DNA of 64,000 nucleotides from Lama glama (lineage: Eukaryota), in contig CM052817.1 of assembly GCA_028534125.1 (NCBI GenBank), positions 89,840,001-89,904,000 on the forward strand, read 5' to 3'. A program made the position numbers and the translations under genes. The notes beneath the pieces are model-generated. The model had not been told where the DNA came from. It made no database searches and saw nothing but the letters and a program-made list of their open reading frames with translations. Below, one piece after another: positions 12,876 to 26,700 of this stretch (its first letter is position 1; every line of letters starts with the position of its first letter).

Positions 12876-13419
12876 TGTCAACTTCAATATGTTGCATGTT
12901 TTCCTCCTGCTCTTATATCTCCCAAGCACCTTATGGGATAGTAACTGGCAGATTCATTTTTCACAACATCTTAGAATTTGCATTAATAGGAAGTTCATTG
13001 ATAATTTCCTCCTATACCATTTGTCTTCATGGCTTTCTGCTAAAACTTAGAAAAAATGTTTGAGATCATATTTAACATTTGTCACATGTATTTAATTTTC
13101 ACATGTCACGATTTGCAATGAATTAATTTTTGTAAAGTCATTGAGGTATTTATCTTACTTTATAAAAATTCAGGAGGCTTGAATTACATAAGGACATTTC
13201 TTTGTAATAACACATATTATGAATATTCATTTATATATCACCTTTTCAGTGTGGCCTACATTCACTTCTTATTTAAAATTGAAGCCACATCATTTCTAGT
13301 GCATTTCCTTGCTTAATTTTCTTCCACAGCACTTGTCATGACTAAATCTAACTATGTATATATTATGCTTATTCTTTTTATGTATATGTAGCTACATAGG
13401 AAACAGTAAATTGTATCTT

Positions 13420-14090
13420 AGGGGAGAAAATGATAGTAGAAATAAATGGTGAAAAGTCATCAGACAAAGTATATACTTAAAATGCAGAGGTAATAGGACT
13501 TTTTGATGTACTGGATTTAAAAGGTAAAGGAAAAAAATAATTCAAATATGTGTTTTATTTTTTGAGCCAGAATAATCAGACGTTTTTGTTGTAGTTGTTT
13601 GTGTTTTTTGTCATTGTTGCTCAACAACTGACTGAGAAATTGAAAAGAATAAAAAAGTGTGAACTTTGGTGAAGTCATCAAGAGTTTCCAAGAAACTAGA
13701 ACATTTAATGTAAAGCTTTGAAGGATGAGGCAAGGAGACTAAGAAGGAACAGCTAGAAGGCAAACAAAGAAAGTTAGGACACTGATGTCATTGGATGAGA
13801 TATTGAAAATAAAGGAAGTAGTCAATTCTGTCAAATGCCACTAAAGTAGGACAAGAAAAAGCTGGCAAAATATTCATTGTATTTATAGATATTAAGATTA
13901 TGGAATAAACAGATGGATTTGAAAAGAAAGATAAGAGCCATATCCAGAATGAAGAAGTGAATGTGAGGTGAGGAATAAAGAAATCAAGCACAGCAGTTCT
14001 TTCAAGAAACTGGGATGGCGTCAGCGCAGAGCAGTAGCAGATGACAACTGGAAGGGGATGCAGGTTAGGAAAAGGGATCTGCATCTGATG
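13420..14090 (-). mobile_element. L2 LINE relic
   Basis: Purine-rich L2 antisense hallmarks, e.g. gaagtagtcaattctgtcaaatgcc and ttctttcaagaaactgg. Confidence 0.55.
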
Positions 14091-14314
14091 AGTATTTTAT
14101 TGTTGTTTCAAAGAAAAGAAATCTGGGCGTGTTTATGGAAATAGATCAGCATAATTATAGAACACATGAGAGAAAAATAACACTTTCAAGCATAAGTTTT
14201 CTGATCAGATATAGAATCTACGTACTTTATAGGGTAGAACTATTGTCTATAAACAGGGAAAGGGTATACCATTTTATAAATCATACACATATGATGGTGA
14301 TGACACTCATAATA

Positions 14315-14545
14315 ATATAAATCACACTGAGTGCTAATTCTGTGTAGGAAAGAATAGTAAACATTTCACCTCTCATCTTAATTACTCATATCATTAAAAT
14401 CTATAAAGCATCACTGTTATTATTGCCATTTATAGTTGGAGAAACTGATGCTTAGAGTTTAAAAGATTTGTCTAAGGTCACCCAGCTAGGAAATGCCTGG
14501 ATAGAAGATTCAAATATAAGTTATTGACTGTAAAACACACACTTA
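14315..14545 (-). mobile_element. MIR SINE
   Basis: gaaactgatgcttagag...ttgtctaaggtcacccagctagg matches the MIR core in antisense. Confidence 0.7.
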
Positions 14546-15699
14546 TATCTTTAAAGTACAATATTAAGGAAAGCTAAGGGGAAACGATGAAGGGAGTTTT
14601 ATCATCTTCATAACCAAGTCTAGCTGATAATGATATTTGATATGTGGGGAAAATAATTAGGGATTATAAAGTTTTATTTTTTTTTAATAATGACATTAGA
14701 AAGCTAAGAATCACTTGGTGGATCATACTCTAACTCAGATAATTTCTGGAACTTTGTGAAAATGTATGCTTCATTTTGTAACAATTACTATTCCAAAATA
14801 ACTCTCTTGCTTCAATAAAGTTATTGAGTTTCCATAATTAGAAACAACATTTACGTTGGCAAGTATATGATGCATGCATATATATGATAATGCATCTCAT
14901 CTCTTGTTTTTTGATCATGTGTGGGAATATAATAAAAGACTGACAATCACTGAGCAAATTTCAACAAACTAGTTTACCAGTTTAATAAAAACAAATCCAT
15001 GGAATGCATACATTCAAATACTTCACCTGTTAAATTGCAAGTAATGTCTAAAGGCTATCCTACAAGCAACAAAAATTACCATACATACATATTAATATTG
15101 CATTGGATTGGTAGAGTGAGCCAGATTTGCATTCCATATATAAAACTGTCACCTCACATTTCCATGATAAATCATGAGAAGAATAAAGGGGTATGCAGGC
15201 ATAGAAGCACTGCATATATTTTCTGGGCTGGCAAAAGTATTATCTCTGTGTGTCCAATTCATTTGTTGTGCCAAGTTTCAGAACACCTGACATTCTACCA
15301 GATATGAAAAGTATTTAATATGATAGGTATACTTTAATATGGTCATTGTGAAAAATATGGCATGTTTTCACAAATCTACAGAATATGGGCCATGAGTTTT
15401 AATTTTTAAAATTCTTATTTTCTAATAGGTTACAGATTTGGTAAAATCTTTATCAAAGAATCAGAAATTAAAGAAAAATATTTAGTCTAGTTCTCTAAGT
15501 ATTAAGTTGACTACCTTAGGATAGAACATAAACTTTTCTTATTATCTAATAATATCATTATATGAGGTAAGAAGAAAACATAGTGATGTTTTTATGTTTC
15601 ATATAGCTAGTTCCTATGCAATAAATGATGAGGTGTAAACAACACTTAGCAAAAAGAATGTGTCCCTGCTCACATAAATATAGAATGTATAGTAGACAT

Positions 15700-16530
15700 C
15701 ACATCAACATTTCTTAAACTAAACTCTTTATATTCTCCTCCAAATCTGTCCATTGCAAACTTGCCCAGAATATGTCCACTTACTACTGTCAAAGATATTC
15801 TGTGATTTGAGATAGTATCATCCCTCTTCTACAATATCCTCCTAACTAGTCTTCCTGTTTCTATCCCTGGCACTGCTAATATCTATTCTCAATACAATAC
15901 ATTGAGAGTTTTTTAAAGCAGTCAGATCTTGTCACTCATCTGCTAAAAATCCTGCAATGTCCATATAATTTACCTAAGTAAAAGGCAAAATCCTTTAAGG
16001 GGCTTATAAAGCCCCTAATGATCTAGCCATGCATTATCATCCTGACATCACTTCTTATCACACCCCAGTCTCCCAAACAGGTCCCCTTCCAGTTACACTG
16101 GCCTCTATTGCTCTGACTTGTCTTCCATGATCCTGCTTTAGGACCTCTGTACTGGCTGTTTCCTCTGCCTGGAGCACTATTCCAAATTCCCGCAACCCCA
16201 GGGAGGGATATGGCTAACTCCCTACTCACCAATTGAGTCTTCATAAAAATGTCCCCTTCTTAGTGTGGGACTTTTTCTATCCCATTATTTTACTCTAACT
16301 CCAACTTCCCGTCACTCCCATTACATTGTTTTACTTTTTCTTATTCCAATAATTACTATTCTCTAGCATTCTGTTTAATTAATATATTGATTATATTTGT
16401 CTATATAAATTACAATATAATTCCACCAAGCAAAGAATCGCGTCTATTTTCTTCAAGGATGTAATTCAAAAACATAAAACAGGACCCTAGAAGGTATTCA
16501 ACAGATACTTTGAAGAGAATAAATTATTTG
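15700..16530 (+). mobile_element. L2 (L2a-like) 3' portion
   Basis: gtcagatcttgtcactc, ggctgtttcctctgcctggagcact, atggctaactccct and a degenerate tail match the L2 3' region. Confidence 0.75.
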
Positions 16531-17968
16531 AATTTAATGCTCACGATAAAGCATACACATACAATTTTAAATGTAGGAAGAGTAAGATAAGCAAGATAAG
16601 AAACATAAAATATTGTTGGTTTCAAAGGGAAAAGAATATATTGATTTGGATGGGAAGGAAAAATAAATGCTTCACAGAAGATTGTATCTGAGATGAACCT
16701 GTAAAGATTGGTACAATTTTGATAAGTAGATAATCAAGGTGTGGGCACTATAAGAATTCATTATAAGAAAAATTAAGAATAAAACTAAGTATTGTTTGCT
16801 TGTATGTTTTATCATTTTACTTAACACTGGGAAAACAAAGATGATCACTGATTTCAAATCACTTGCTGCTAGTGAAGTGTGTGTGTGTATGCATATTTTA
16901 ATTATTAAAATCAATCAATAATAAAGAGCTAAAAAAAGAACATTTAGAAGACACTTGCAAAAGAACAAAAATTTTAAAAATCAATTCTTTTCAATAGTCA
17001 ATAAATAGTTTTTACTTATACAGGGTATTTGTTAATACTGCCAAGGGAATAAAACAGCAGTCTCTAGACAGAATCTCAGTTCATGCTCAGATGGATAGGC
17101 AGTTGCAGCTGATTTTATAAAGCTTATTTATCTAATGTTCAGTTTGGACATAATATTGACACCATTGCATATGCCAAATCTATTTTTTGCCCAATTGTAG
17201 GGATTGGCATCCAGGAATATGAATAAAAGGTAAGCTTCAGACAACTCCATGACTTTTATTCCTGAACAGAAAACTTCTGATAGCTATCCTCTTCCCATGT
17301 GTCCTATTCCAATAAAAGTGGTTGAGCAACTTAGAAAAAGACGAAAAGACCCTTAGCATTACTCACAGCTAAACTCCAGGCCTATCCTAAGCATTCCCTC
17401 TTCTAAGCAAATCTCATTTCATCAGAATCTTCTAACACTCCAAAACAAATTACTTGCCAAAGGTTTTCCACAGATTAAAGAAAAGAGTAGAGAAATGAGA
17501 GTGATTTATACAATGCCCCAAGAACCCATCAACAGAAACCCCACTGTATCACAGACCCCAAATTCTACAATCAATCCCCAAAACTGCGTACAAAAAGAAC
17601 ATTCTACCTCTTTTGCATGCAGTAGATTTGAGTTTCATTTTGATTCATTTGTTCTTTCTGCCAAAGCTAGATCTTTCTATGTATGTTTTCAACTTCCAGA
17701 AGTATTAAGGGAAATGAAAATAGAGCAACAGCATTCCTTTCATTTTTTGTTGTGGTTAACCTATTTTCTCTCAATCTTGTATTCAATAAATTCTGAAAGA
17801 ATAAATAGAATCACTGTAAAGGGAAGAAGATGCTTCCTTTCAACTTGTATCCTTAAAATGACCAAATTTTCTTTTAAAGAGCAGCTGCTACATTTTATCT
17901 GCACAAGTTTTATTGATGTGGATATATTAAACATCTGGCATGTTTTAAGTTGAAGTGTTTGTAAATAC

Positions 17969-18166
17969 CTTAAATAAATCATTATGGTTCTTGCAATAAT
18001 TCTATAATATGAATGAGTTGGTGCACAATTACCAAGGTGAACGTCAGCAAAATATTTCAGTGGGGGTATATTCCCTTGGCTTTCCTCCCCTTTGGTATCG
18101 ACTAAAAGATACCGTTTTCTTCTGACAGCCATCTGTTCCACTACCTTTGGGCCATAATTTACAGAA
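17969..18166 (-). other. Candidate 198-nt exon with an uninterrupted frame (unidentified product)
   Basis: tattttagttttag| acceptor, AAG|GTATTT donor, length divisible by 3, frame SVNYGPKVVEQMAVRRKRYLLVDTKGEESQGNIPPLKYFADVHLG... Confidence 0.2.
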
Positions 18167-18713
18167 CTAAAACTAAAATATACATGCAAGCTGACAAAGT
18201 ATTTTTAAAACCTTTTTCAAGCTTAGATGAATTAAAATAATATTGGGACAGGAGGAAAATAAAAATCTTCTTTTATCATCTTATTTTCCGTCTAAGAAAC
18301 TGAAGACTAAAAATTACATCCAAAAGAACCAGAATTAGAACCTTGGTTTCCTATACTTCTTCTGTGTTCTCTTTCCATTCTATCACATTCCACAGAACCT
18401 TCCTATATTTTATTAATTAGAAAATCATCACAATACTCCATAAAATTAAAAACATCTCTTAAATTTTTAAACATCAATATAATCTTCTTTTTTAAACTTT
18501 GTTAAATCTGCAGTTCATCCTTTAGGTACTTCAGATACTAGAGATACTATATAAGATCTTTAATTATGCAATATTGAACATTTCACACAGAAAAATGATG
18601 TATTTCCTAAGCTCTCAGAGAAGAAAAAGAAAAACTCATTTAAGACAGAACTAAAGAAATTAATAGAAAAGTTCTCTTCAAGAGGAACACAATATGTTGG
18701 ACTACAACACTTA

Positions 18714-19704
18714 TGTATCATGAGGCCCAAAATTTCATGTGCTGCTGCCTTGACATTTTGAACCTTACAGGGCCCCTTCCTCTCACCATATATGCTTCCA
18801 CACAGGGAAAAAGTTCCTGGCCAGATCAGCTGGACCAGTTGGGCCCTACTTGATCATCCTTGACCTAATGGGTTTCACCTGCCTGCAAATCTGAGCCATT
18901 ATTCTAATAAGCCAATCATATCCTTCCCACAGGTACCCAACCCTCTTTTTACTACAAAACCTACCTCCTAAGCTCTCTGCTTATTCACTGTATCTCTGAG
19001 TGCAACCTCCGTGTGGCCCTGTGTGGCATGCCATGTCCTCCTCTGGGGCTGTGAGTGTCTTTAATTAATAAACTTTTGTTTGATTGTTGGATGGTATGTA
19101 TATATGGCCATGAAACTGTGGGTGAAAACCATTTTACCTGACTTCACTAATCAAGGTCATTCAAAGACTAGATTGTCCTCCAAGTGGCACACAGCCTATG
19201 TTTGCCCAAGTTATTTTCCAGGAACTTGGAGTCAACTGCCTCTAGTTCCAGCTGAGCTGGTTAAGGTTGGATAGGCCCACCAACCCTTCAACTAGGCATG
19301 TGAGAGTGTCCTCGGTGACTTTTGACATCACAGGGCAGAAAAGCACCTTCAGAAGGTGCAGAGGCCTGTAGCCTAATTATGTCTGAGCAGGACAATTACA
19401 GCACTTTTTCCTATCACCTTTCCCCATACTCCCCATGCCTCAGACCTCCGTGCTTCTTTACTGTTTATCCCATAAACACCCCAAGCCCCTTGCCTTCAAG
19501 GAGGTGGATGTGAGATTTGTTCTCCTGTCTCCTCACTTGGTTGCCTTGCAAATAAACTGTCTCTTTGATGCAAACCTCAGTGTCTCAGTGTTTTGCCTTG
19601 CTGTGTAGGGCAAAATAAATCTGGTTCAGTAATAACCATTTCATACTATTTAGAGCAAAGGATCCCTTACTTAATAGCAAGGTGAACAGAAGGTGATCAA
19701 AACA
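18714..19704 (+). mobile_element. ERVL-type solo LTR (MER54/MER73/MER74-like), split by a nested LTR
   Basis: TGTA start, gagtgcaacctccgtgtggccctgtgtggc...ggggctgtgagt...aataaac, resumes after 19638 and ends ggtgaacagaaggtgatcaaaaCA. Confidence 0.75.
19111..19634 (+). mobile_element. ERV1-type solo LTR nested in the older LTR
   Basis: TG start, TATA-like cataaa near 19472, AATAAA at 19551, end ggttcagtaata (degenerate ...gtaaca); flanks GCCA/ACCA consistent with a 4-bp TSD carrying one change. Confidence 0.75.
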
Positions 19705-21084
19705 CTCTATAATTTGGTGCAAAGAAATGATAAAACAAAATAATTTCTCAACTTTTCTGCTGTACTTTAGGTTCCAAGTATCAGATTTTAATACCTTTTT
19801 CATCATCTTAGGTTGCATTACCTGAACTTAAAAACTTTATTCCAACTACAAAAAAAAAATTGCATTGCATAGAATACGAGAGTAACAGAGAAGAACAACA
19901 GAAAATGCGAGACCTGCCCTAAACTTTACATAAGTCCTAGGTGGAAGATTTCCACATTCACCTAGTCCCTAGTAGACTTTGGGGTTCACAAATGATATTC
20001 TAAAAATTAAGATAAGAGAATACAAAGGAACAAAAGGAATTCGGTTTCTGTCAATTTTAGTTGTTCCTTGATTCAGTGTAGTATAATGAAAAAAAGTTAA
20101 CTTAATTGAGATTAAGGACCTGAATTTATGAAAACAATGAAACAGCCATTATAGTAGTGTGCCCAAAAAACCATAAGTCCTTATGGAAGAGAGCATCAAA
20201 ATGACTGATTTCGATATGAAGAAATCTTTCATATAACACTAAAGTGATTTAGAAGAATATAAGCCAAGTTTAACTAGATTGAAGGTAATGATTTTAAAAC
20301 TTTTAAAAGTCAATAGGCATCTTACAAACTTCACATTAATTTTAAAATATTCAACAACTCTAGATATTAGAAGGTTTGTGGGAAGAGTCATTTGTTTTGT
20401 TCATTTTAGTTATAATGTTCAATTCCTTTGTAAGTTTTCACTGTATTTAAAAGTAGCTCAATCTCACTTCACAAAGTATGCATTGTAAAATTGAAACTAT
20501 GGAGTAAGCCTTTCTATTTAAAAAATGCAAAATTTTTCACAGTTTTAAAAATATCATTCACTTTATTTTAAATTGTATAATTTATCAAAAGCAAATGGCT
20601 TATATCTGTCAATTTCCTTTCTCAATAAGCACATCAAAGAGCATACAGATTTGTTTCTTCTCACAAACTACAGATATTTATAAGGACCATCTCCACATGT
20701 GTCATACCTCCTTTAATTTTTTCTTACTTCATCCTTGTAGATTAACTTTATGAGTTTTATTCTGACCTATCACATTTATGGTATATGATACTTTGAGAAA
20801 GGATGCAAATGCATTTCCATTTTAACCCAGCACCTCGATAAACATTTTCTTGACAGTGAGAACTAAACTGGTAGATATGTCTTAGGAAATCTATTCAGAA
20901 TTTCAGATGTTAACAAAGTACATGACTGCAGTTCTAATTTGGGATTTACCACAATATAGCTATGTAAACTTAACTAAATCATTAAAGCTAAACTTCAACT
21001 TTTGTTTTTCACCAGTGAAGTGAAGAGTATTGAACAATTTCAGCAACAAAATGCTATGAATATATAATTCTGAATCATTGATTT

Positions 21085-22190
21085 TAAATTTTTTTATTTT
21101 ATTTTTTCATTCCCTTAGCATGTGAAATACATTTACATAATTCAAAAATCCAAAAGAAAAAACTGTAAACAGTGAAAAGCCTCAGACTCACCCAATCACC
21201 ATCAACTTAATTTACCCCACCTCACTCCATCAGAGGCAACCACTATTTTTACTTTTGGGTACATCACTTTGGGGTACTTTGTGCAAATATAATATATAGT
21301 TTTTCCCCTTTTTACTTCAAAAAAAGTAACTTGCTATAGACAATACTCTGCATGTTGCTTTTTCACCTGATGATGTACCTTGAGCTCTTTAATATCAGTA
21401 TATAGAAAGTTTCCTTAATTTCTTTCCCTGCTTTACAAAAGGGAATATTATCAGTTCCGTATTGATAAACACTTGGGTTGTTTCCACTCTTTTGGACTTA
21501 CAGATGACATTTCAGTGAACTACTTTACAGCTATGTCATTCTATCTATGCAAAAATGTGTATCAGAAAATTTCTGAGAAGAGAGATTTGTTGGTCACAGC
21601 GTAAAGGCACATATTTTGATATATTTTTACAACTCTTTTTATTGGCATTATTCCATTTGTCCTTCCACCAGCAATGTATGAAAGAATCTGTTTTCCCTTA
21701 GCCTGGCCAACAGAACATTTTCTTATTTTCTCATCCCTTTGGATTCCTGCTAATATGAGAGGTGAAAAATAGCATCTTGGTTTATTTTTAATTTGCATTT
21801 CTCTTGTGAGTGAGATTGAAAAAAATTTTTAATTACTCTTTAAGGTATATTTAAATTTGTTTGTTTATGCTCTATCTGTATCTTTCGTCTTTTATATATC
21901 TAGGAGGTTTTTACATAATTAGGAAGATTAAACCTTCTTCTGATAGATGAGTTGAAAATACTTTTTTCCTAGCTTGTCACTTGTTTCTAGAGTTCACTTA
22001 GTGTTTTTTTTTCCCTTTTATTTTGCCATGCAGAAGTATTTGAGTTTGATATAGTCAAATTTATCAATATTTCCTTTAATGGATTCTAAATATTGAATCA
22101 TAATTGGAAATCACTTCTATACTCTAATCTTGTAAAAGAATTTAAACATTTTATTTTAGTATATTTACTATTCTATTTTTTACACTGAAT
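21085..22190 (-). mobile_element. Old L1 (L1ME-like) 3' end and ORF2 C-terminus
   Basis: ccaccagcaatgtatgaaag, ttaatttgcatttctc, gtcaaatttatcaat; ORF 21562-21798 reads MQIKNKPRCYFSPLILA, a degenerate ORF2 C-terminus. Confidence 0.75.
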
Positions 22191-23130
22191 TCTTTCACTT
22201 CTCTGCCCTATTTATTATTTCATTAGCTAGTACTTCTAGTACAGTTTTGAAAAGGAATGATGAGAGAAAAGACCTTTGATTTTCAATTTATCAATGAAAA
22301 AGATTTAAGTTTTTCATTATCGAGTATGACATTAGCTATATGATTTTTTTATAGAAATTATTTTTCAAGTTGAGGATTTTCCCCTATATTCCTAGTTTAC
22401 TGTGATTGTTTATCATGAATGAGCCTGGATTTTGCTAACATTTTTTCTGCATCTATTGATATGATCATGGGCTTTTTCTTTTTTTAGCCTGTTGATGTAA
22501 TGAAATACATAAATTGATATTTGAGTGTTGAACAAGCCTTTCATGTCTGGTATAAACCTCACTTGGTTGTGGAATATAATTATTTTTATACACTGTTAAA
22601 TGTAATTTGCTAATATTTTGTTGAGCATTTTTGCATTTATGTTAATGAGAGATACTGGTCTGTAGTTGTCTTTTCTTCAATGCCTTTGGTTTTGTTTTTA
22701 GAGTAAGCTGGTCTCAAAGAATGAGTTAGGAAGTATCCCCTTGGCTTCTATCCTCTCAAAGGGACTGTAGAGATTTGATGTAATTTCTTCCTTAAATGTT
22801 TAACAGAATTCACCAGTGAATCCGTCTAGGCTTGGTGCTTTCTGTTTTGGAAGGTTATTATTTACTGATTAAGTTTCTTTAATAGATACACAAATATTCA
22901 GATTGTCTATTCTTATATAAGTTTTGGCAAATTATGTCTTTCAAGGAATTGGTCCATTACATCTATGCTATCAAATTTGTGGGCATAGACTTTTTTATAA
23001 TAAATCCTTTGTTATTCTTTTACTGTCTTTGGGATCTGTAGTGATACCCCCTCTTTCTCACTTCTCATATTAGTAATCTGTGCCTTTTGTCTTTTTTTTC
23101 TTAGCCTGGCTGGAGGCTAATCAATGTGAT
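22190..23130 (-). mobile_element. L1 ORF2 (RT region) relic
   Basis: ttttctgcatctattgatatgatcatg, cagaattcaccagtgaatccgtctagg, aatgagttaggaagtat are antisense L1 ORF2 hallmarks. Confidence 0.85.
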
Positions 23131-23134
23131 TGAT

Positions 23135-23710
23135 TAGAGTTGGGTATTTCCCTTCCCCACATCACTTAAGCTCTGATGATACACCAGCAAGTTAGGCTCA
23201 GGTTAACTAGCTTCCCCTGAAGGGAGGCCTTGTTAACAAGAACAGAGTACTCTGTATTATTTCAAAATATTTCCTTCCCCCTCTCCCTGCCAGAAGCCTG
23301 AGGGTATTTTTCTCTGATGATTACTGTGGGAGCCTCGTAGAGCTCCTGAAGGTAAATCCAACAATATTGTGGGGTCTTCCCTATGACTGGCTTTCCTCAG
23401 AGTTCTTAATTCTCAGACTTGTCCATACTGGGCCTCCAATAATATGTCAATTACAGTTCAGGTTTTCCTTCACCAGCACTGGTTCTTATAGTGGTTTCTG
23501 CTTGTATGTCTCTCCTCTGGTAAGCTGTGACTGACTCCCTGTTTTCACCTGTCTTTCTCTCCAACTTTGGGGAAAGCGGTTTGCCTTGTGATCTCCCCTC
23601 TCATATGGATGCAAAAAGAAGTGTTGTTTTTCGGTCTGTTCAAATGTTTACTTGTTCTTAAGACAGAGCAGTGACTTCCAAGCTCCTTACATGTGGAAGC
23701 AGAAACTGTT
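23135..23710 (-). mobile_element. Old L1 (L1MC/MD-like) 5' region
   Basis: agagttgggtatttcccttcccc...gtgacttccaagctccttacatg resembles recalled L1MC/MD 5' sequences. Confidence 0.5.
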
Positions 23711-26700
23711 CAAATCCCTACTCTGATTTTTCACTATTGGCTTCATTTGCTACTCCTAGACAAAAGTACTGATGTCAGAGCTCCTAACAGTTTAATGTTT
23801 TCATAACTATGTTGAACAATTTTCTTTCCAATATAGTAATTTCCCTTTTTATTCAATTTTTTTTCAATATAACTTCACTACATATATTTACTAAAAAATA
23901 ATGAAGAAAATGGGGAAGAGGAGACAATGGCTGGGGACAGACATCCATATCCTTGCCAGATGCTTTCACTTAAGAAAGCCTGGTAAAAGCCATGGTTAGC
24001 AAAACACCTCAAGGGGATGAGAAAAGAAAAAATGTTATTTTCCCAAAGACCTTGGGATTGGAGAAACTGGGAATATTTCCAGCCTCCCTTACTTATCTCT
24101 TTTGGCTCCAGTGCAACAAAATATCTTCCCCTAAACACAACCATGCTTGAAGAACAAAAGTTAGTTAACCCTTTGACCACCATATATTTAGAGCAATATA
24201 GTATACATTAGAATCATGAATCACTCTGGTAATAGTAAAATAGCTTTGACATGTTAGGCAAGCATTCACTCTCAGAATCTCCCTAACTGGCCATGTATCA
24301 TGCATTCACTTACATTATTCAAGGAGAAGTTTGGGGATAAAATTTCTTATTACCTAGATTTTAGCAATGAAAATTCTATGTCACCTAAATACTTCTGACA
24401 TTTCCCTGGAAGAGATATGGTCCAAGTATGAAATCATTTGTGGTCCTGTACTCTGAAGATAATCTTTAAAAAAATTTTTTTAAATGTAGTGTACATGCAT
24501 AGTAATTAGCTTCTTAAATCATCAACCTGCATGTTCCGCACGCACCTCATTCAGAGAAAAAAAGCCAGTAAAAACAGAGATTAGCTACTTACGCGTATTA
24601 AAACTGAGTTAATACTAATCTCATACTTGAAATTTTCTTTTCCTTACTCTGCAATCTGCCTCTTTCTTTCTTTTCCCTTTTCAGAGAGCTTTGAATCAAA
24701 GAACTTCTCAACTCTTGTGTATTTTTACTTTATCATAAACTTTCATTTCAGAGAGGATGAGGTTGGAGTCCTCTGACCAACACCATTTCTAACATTAACA
24801 CCCCAAGTAGTTATTCACAAAAACATAAGGATCCAGAGTCTTAAGTTCTTGCTTTGCTTACCTACTAGATTTCTGGTTTAGTGCTTCTTCTTGGTGTCAG
24901 TTTCTGTTGGAAATTCTCAGGCATCTCAACTCCTTTGGTTAAAGCCAGTGGACTCTAAAATCAACAGGAGAAATGTCCACTTTACCATTTTGGACTGTAA
25001 TTTATTTTTAATCCAGTATAATTAACTATCTCAAACCTTGGGTCATATTCTACTGAAACAATCCTTCATGACTGGTAAATATATATGGAGTATTTTCTTT
25101 GAATGGTCTTGGTGCAATCTTAGCCTTTCGGTACCATTTCCTTGCCCAAGTGTTTTGTTGTTGTTCCTAATTCTTTCAATTCAAACTAATATTTAGGTCC
25201 TAATTCCTCCAAATCAACCTAATATTTAGGTTCCAGGTCTTTGTGCTAATCCATATTCTGACACCAACCTTTGAGGTTGATGAACAGATTGATGGAAAAA
25301 TATCAACTAATAAATTACATAAATACTCTTAAATGAAAAAATAACTAAAAAACTACTAAGATAACCATACAAGTAGGGGAAACACAGCATCTTCAGGCTT
25401 TCTAAGTCTCCAGTTCCCTATGAGAGCCAATTATTTCTGCAGAAGACTATTCTAGCCATAAGAAAATTGCTTTACTATTATGAAGAGAAATTTGTTCTGA
25501 TGACTTTTCTGGAAAACTTGGCTACTAAACTGTTATAAATAATTAATGCAAATAATTTCAGTCCATTTAAAAAGTTTTCTTGGACCCTGAATGAATCTGA
25601 ATCATCAGTCTTCAAGGCAGTCCAAGGCTTCACATTTGCTTGAGGTAAGTAACTTGCCTGGGGAGCCACAGGTGAGGTCAAACATGAATTCAAAACTAGG
25701 TCACTATCCTTACACACTCTGCTGTGCACTTTCACTAAATTCTACAGAACTGATTTCATCTCATCTTTAAGCTTTGAAATTTCACCTCAAATTATACTGA
25801 AAAGCATAGACATAGACGCAGAGCTTGCTTTGAATTAATTAAAAGTCTATGAAAGAAATAACTTTGAAATATAGGTATTTAAAATCTTCATGTCTACTTA
25901 GCATACATTTTCTCACAGACACAGAAAATTATGTTAATAACCATATTTTCATATTTTGTTTTGGCTATCAAGAAATATAGACTCTAATTTGGGAACCACT
26001 TTGTAATGTATAGGAAATTCTGGCCTCACTTCATTTACGCTTTCCTTGAATTTGTCAGTTTAACATTTTTCTTTAACAATGTTTCATAAGAGCAAAAACA
26101 TCCACAATTAATACATGGATAATAAAAATTTAATAACTAATAATAACTGATTTTATTGTTTTACATAAATTATCTTGTTTAATTCTCACATTTTCCTTAT
26201 GAGGTTTAAGCTTCATAAGGATTCAAGGGCAAAATCTTCCTTAAGGTTGTGATATGGAAGCTGCATTTAACTCTACCTGCATACAGTTGGACCCAGTGTA
26301 TCTTATAAGGATAGTCTAGGGATGCAGACTGCAGACCAGTGGCATTCTATGTATATAACTAAAAGTAAGGAGAAGAAAATGGACTGTGAGGGATGGAAGA
26401 ATCCATCAGAGCTTCTTCAGACAAAACAGAAGAAATTTAAAAAGCACCTAAATTGATATTTGTTTAAATCTGAAGCAATTTGGTCTGAATTACTCAGTTC
26501 GATAGACTATTTACATTGCTCAAAGAAACTAGTAAATTTTTCCATTTCCCTCAATTCATTTCTATATATAAGATTAAATTATGCCCTACCAATTTTTATT
26601 CTAAAATATGCAATGATATAACAAAAATTATTTTAAATTGCTTGAACATATTACAAATTGTTTGAAGAATACTCTACATTTAATTTGAAAATGCCCTCAT

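Noticed and set aside
17495..17953. 152-aa plus-strand ORF
   Set aside because: No recognisable domain, composition typical of AT-rich non-coding DNA, no supporting splice structure
25640..25655. Donor-like GAG|GTAAGT
   Set aside because: Lies in a MIR-like core (gaggttaagtaacttgcc) with no upstream acceptor identified
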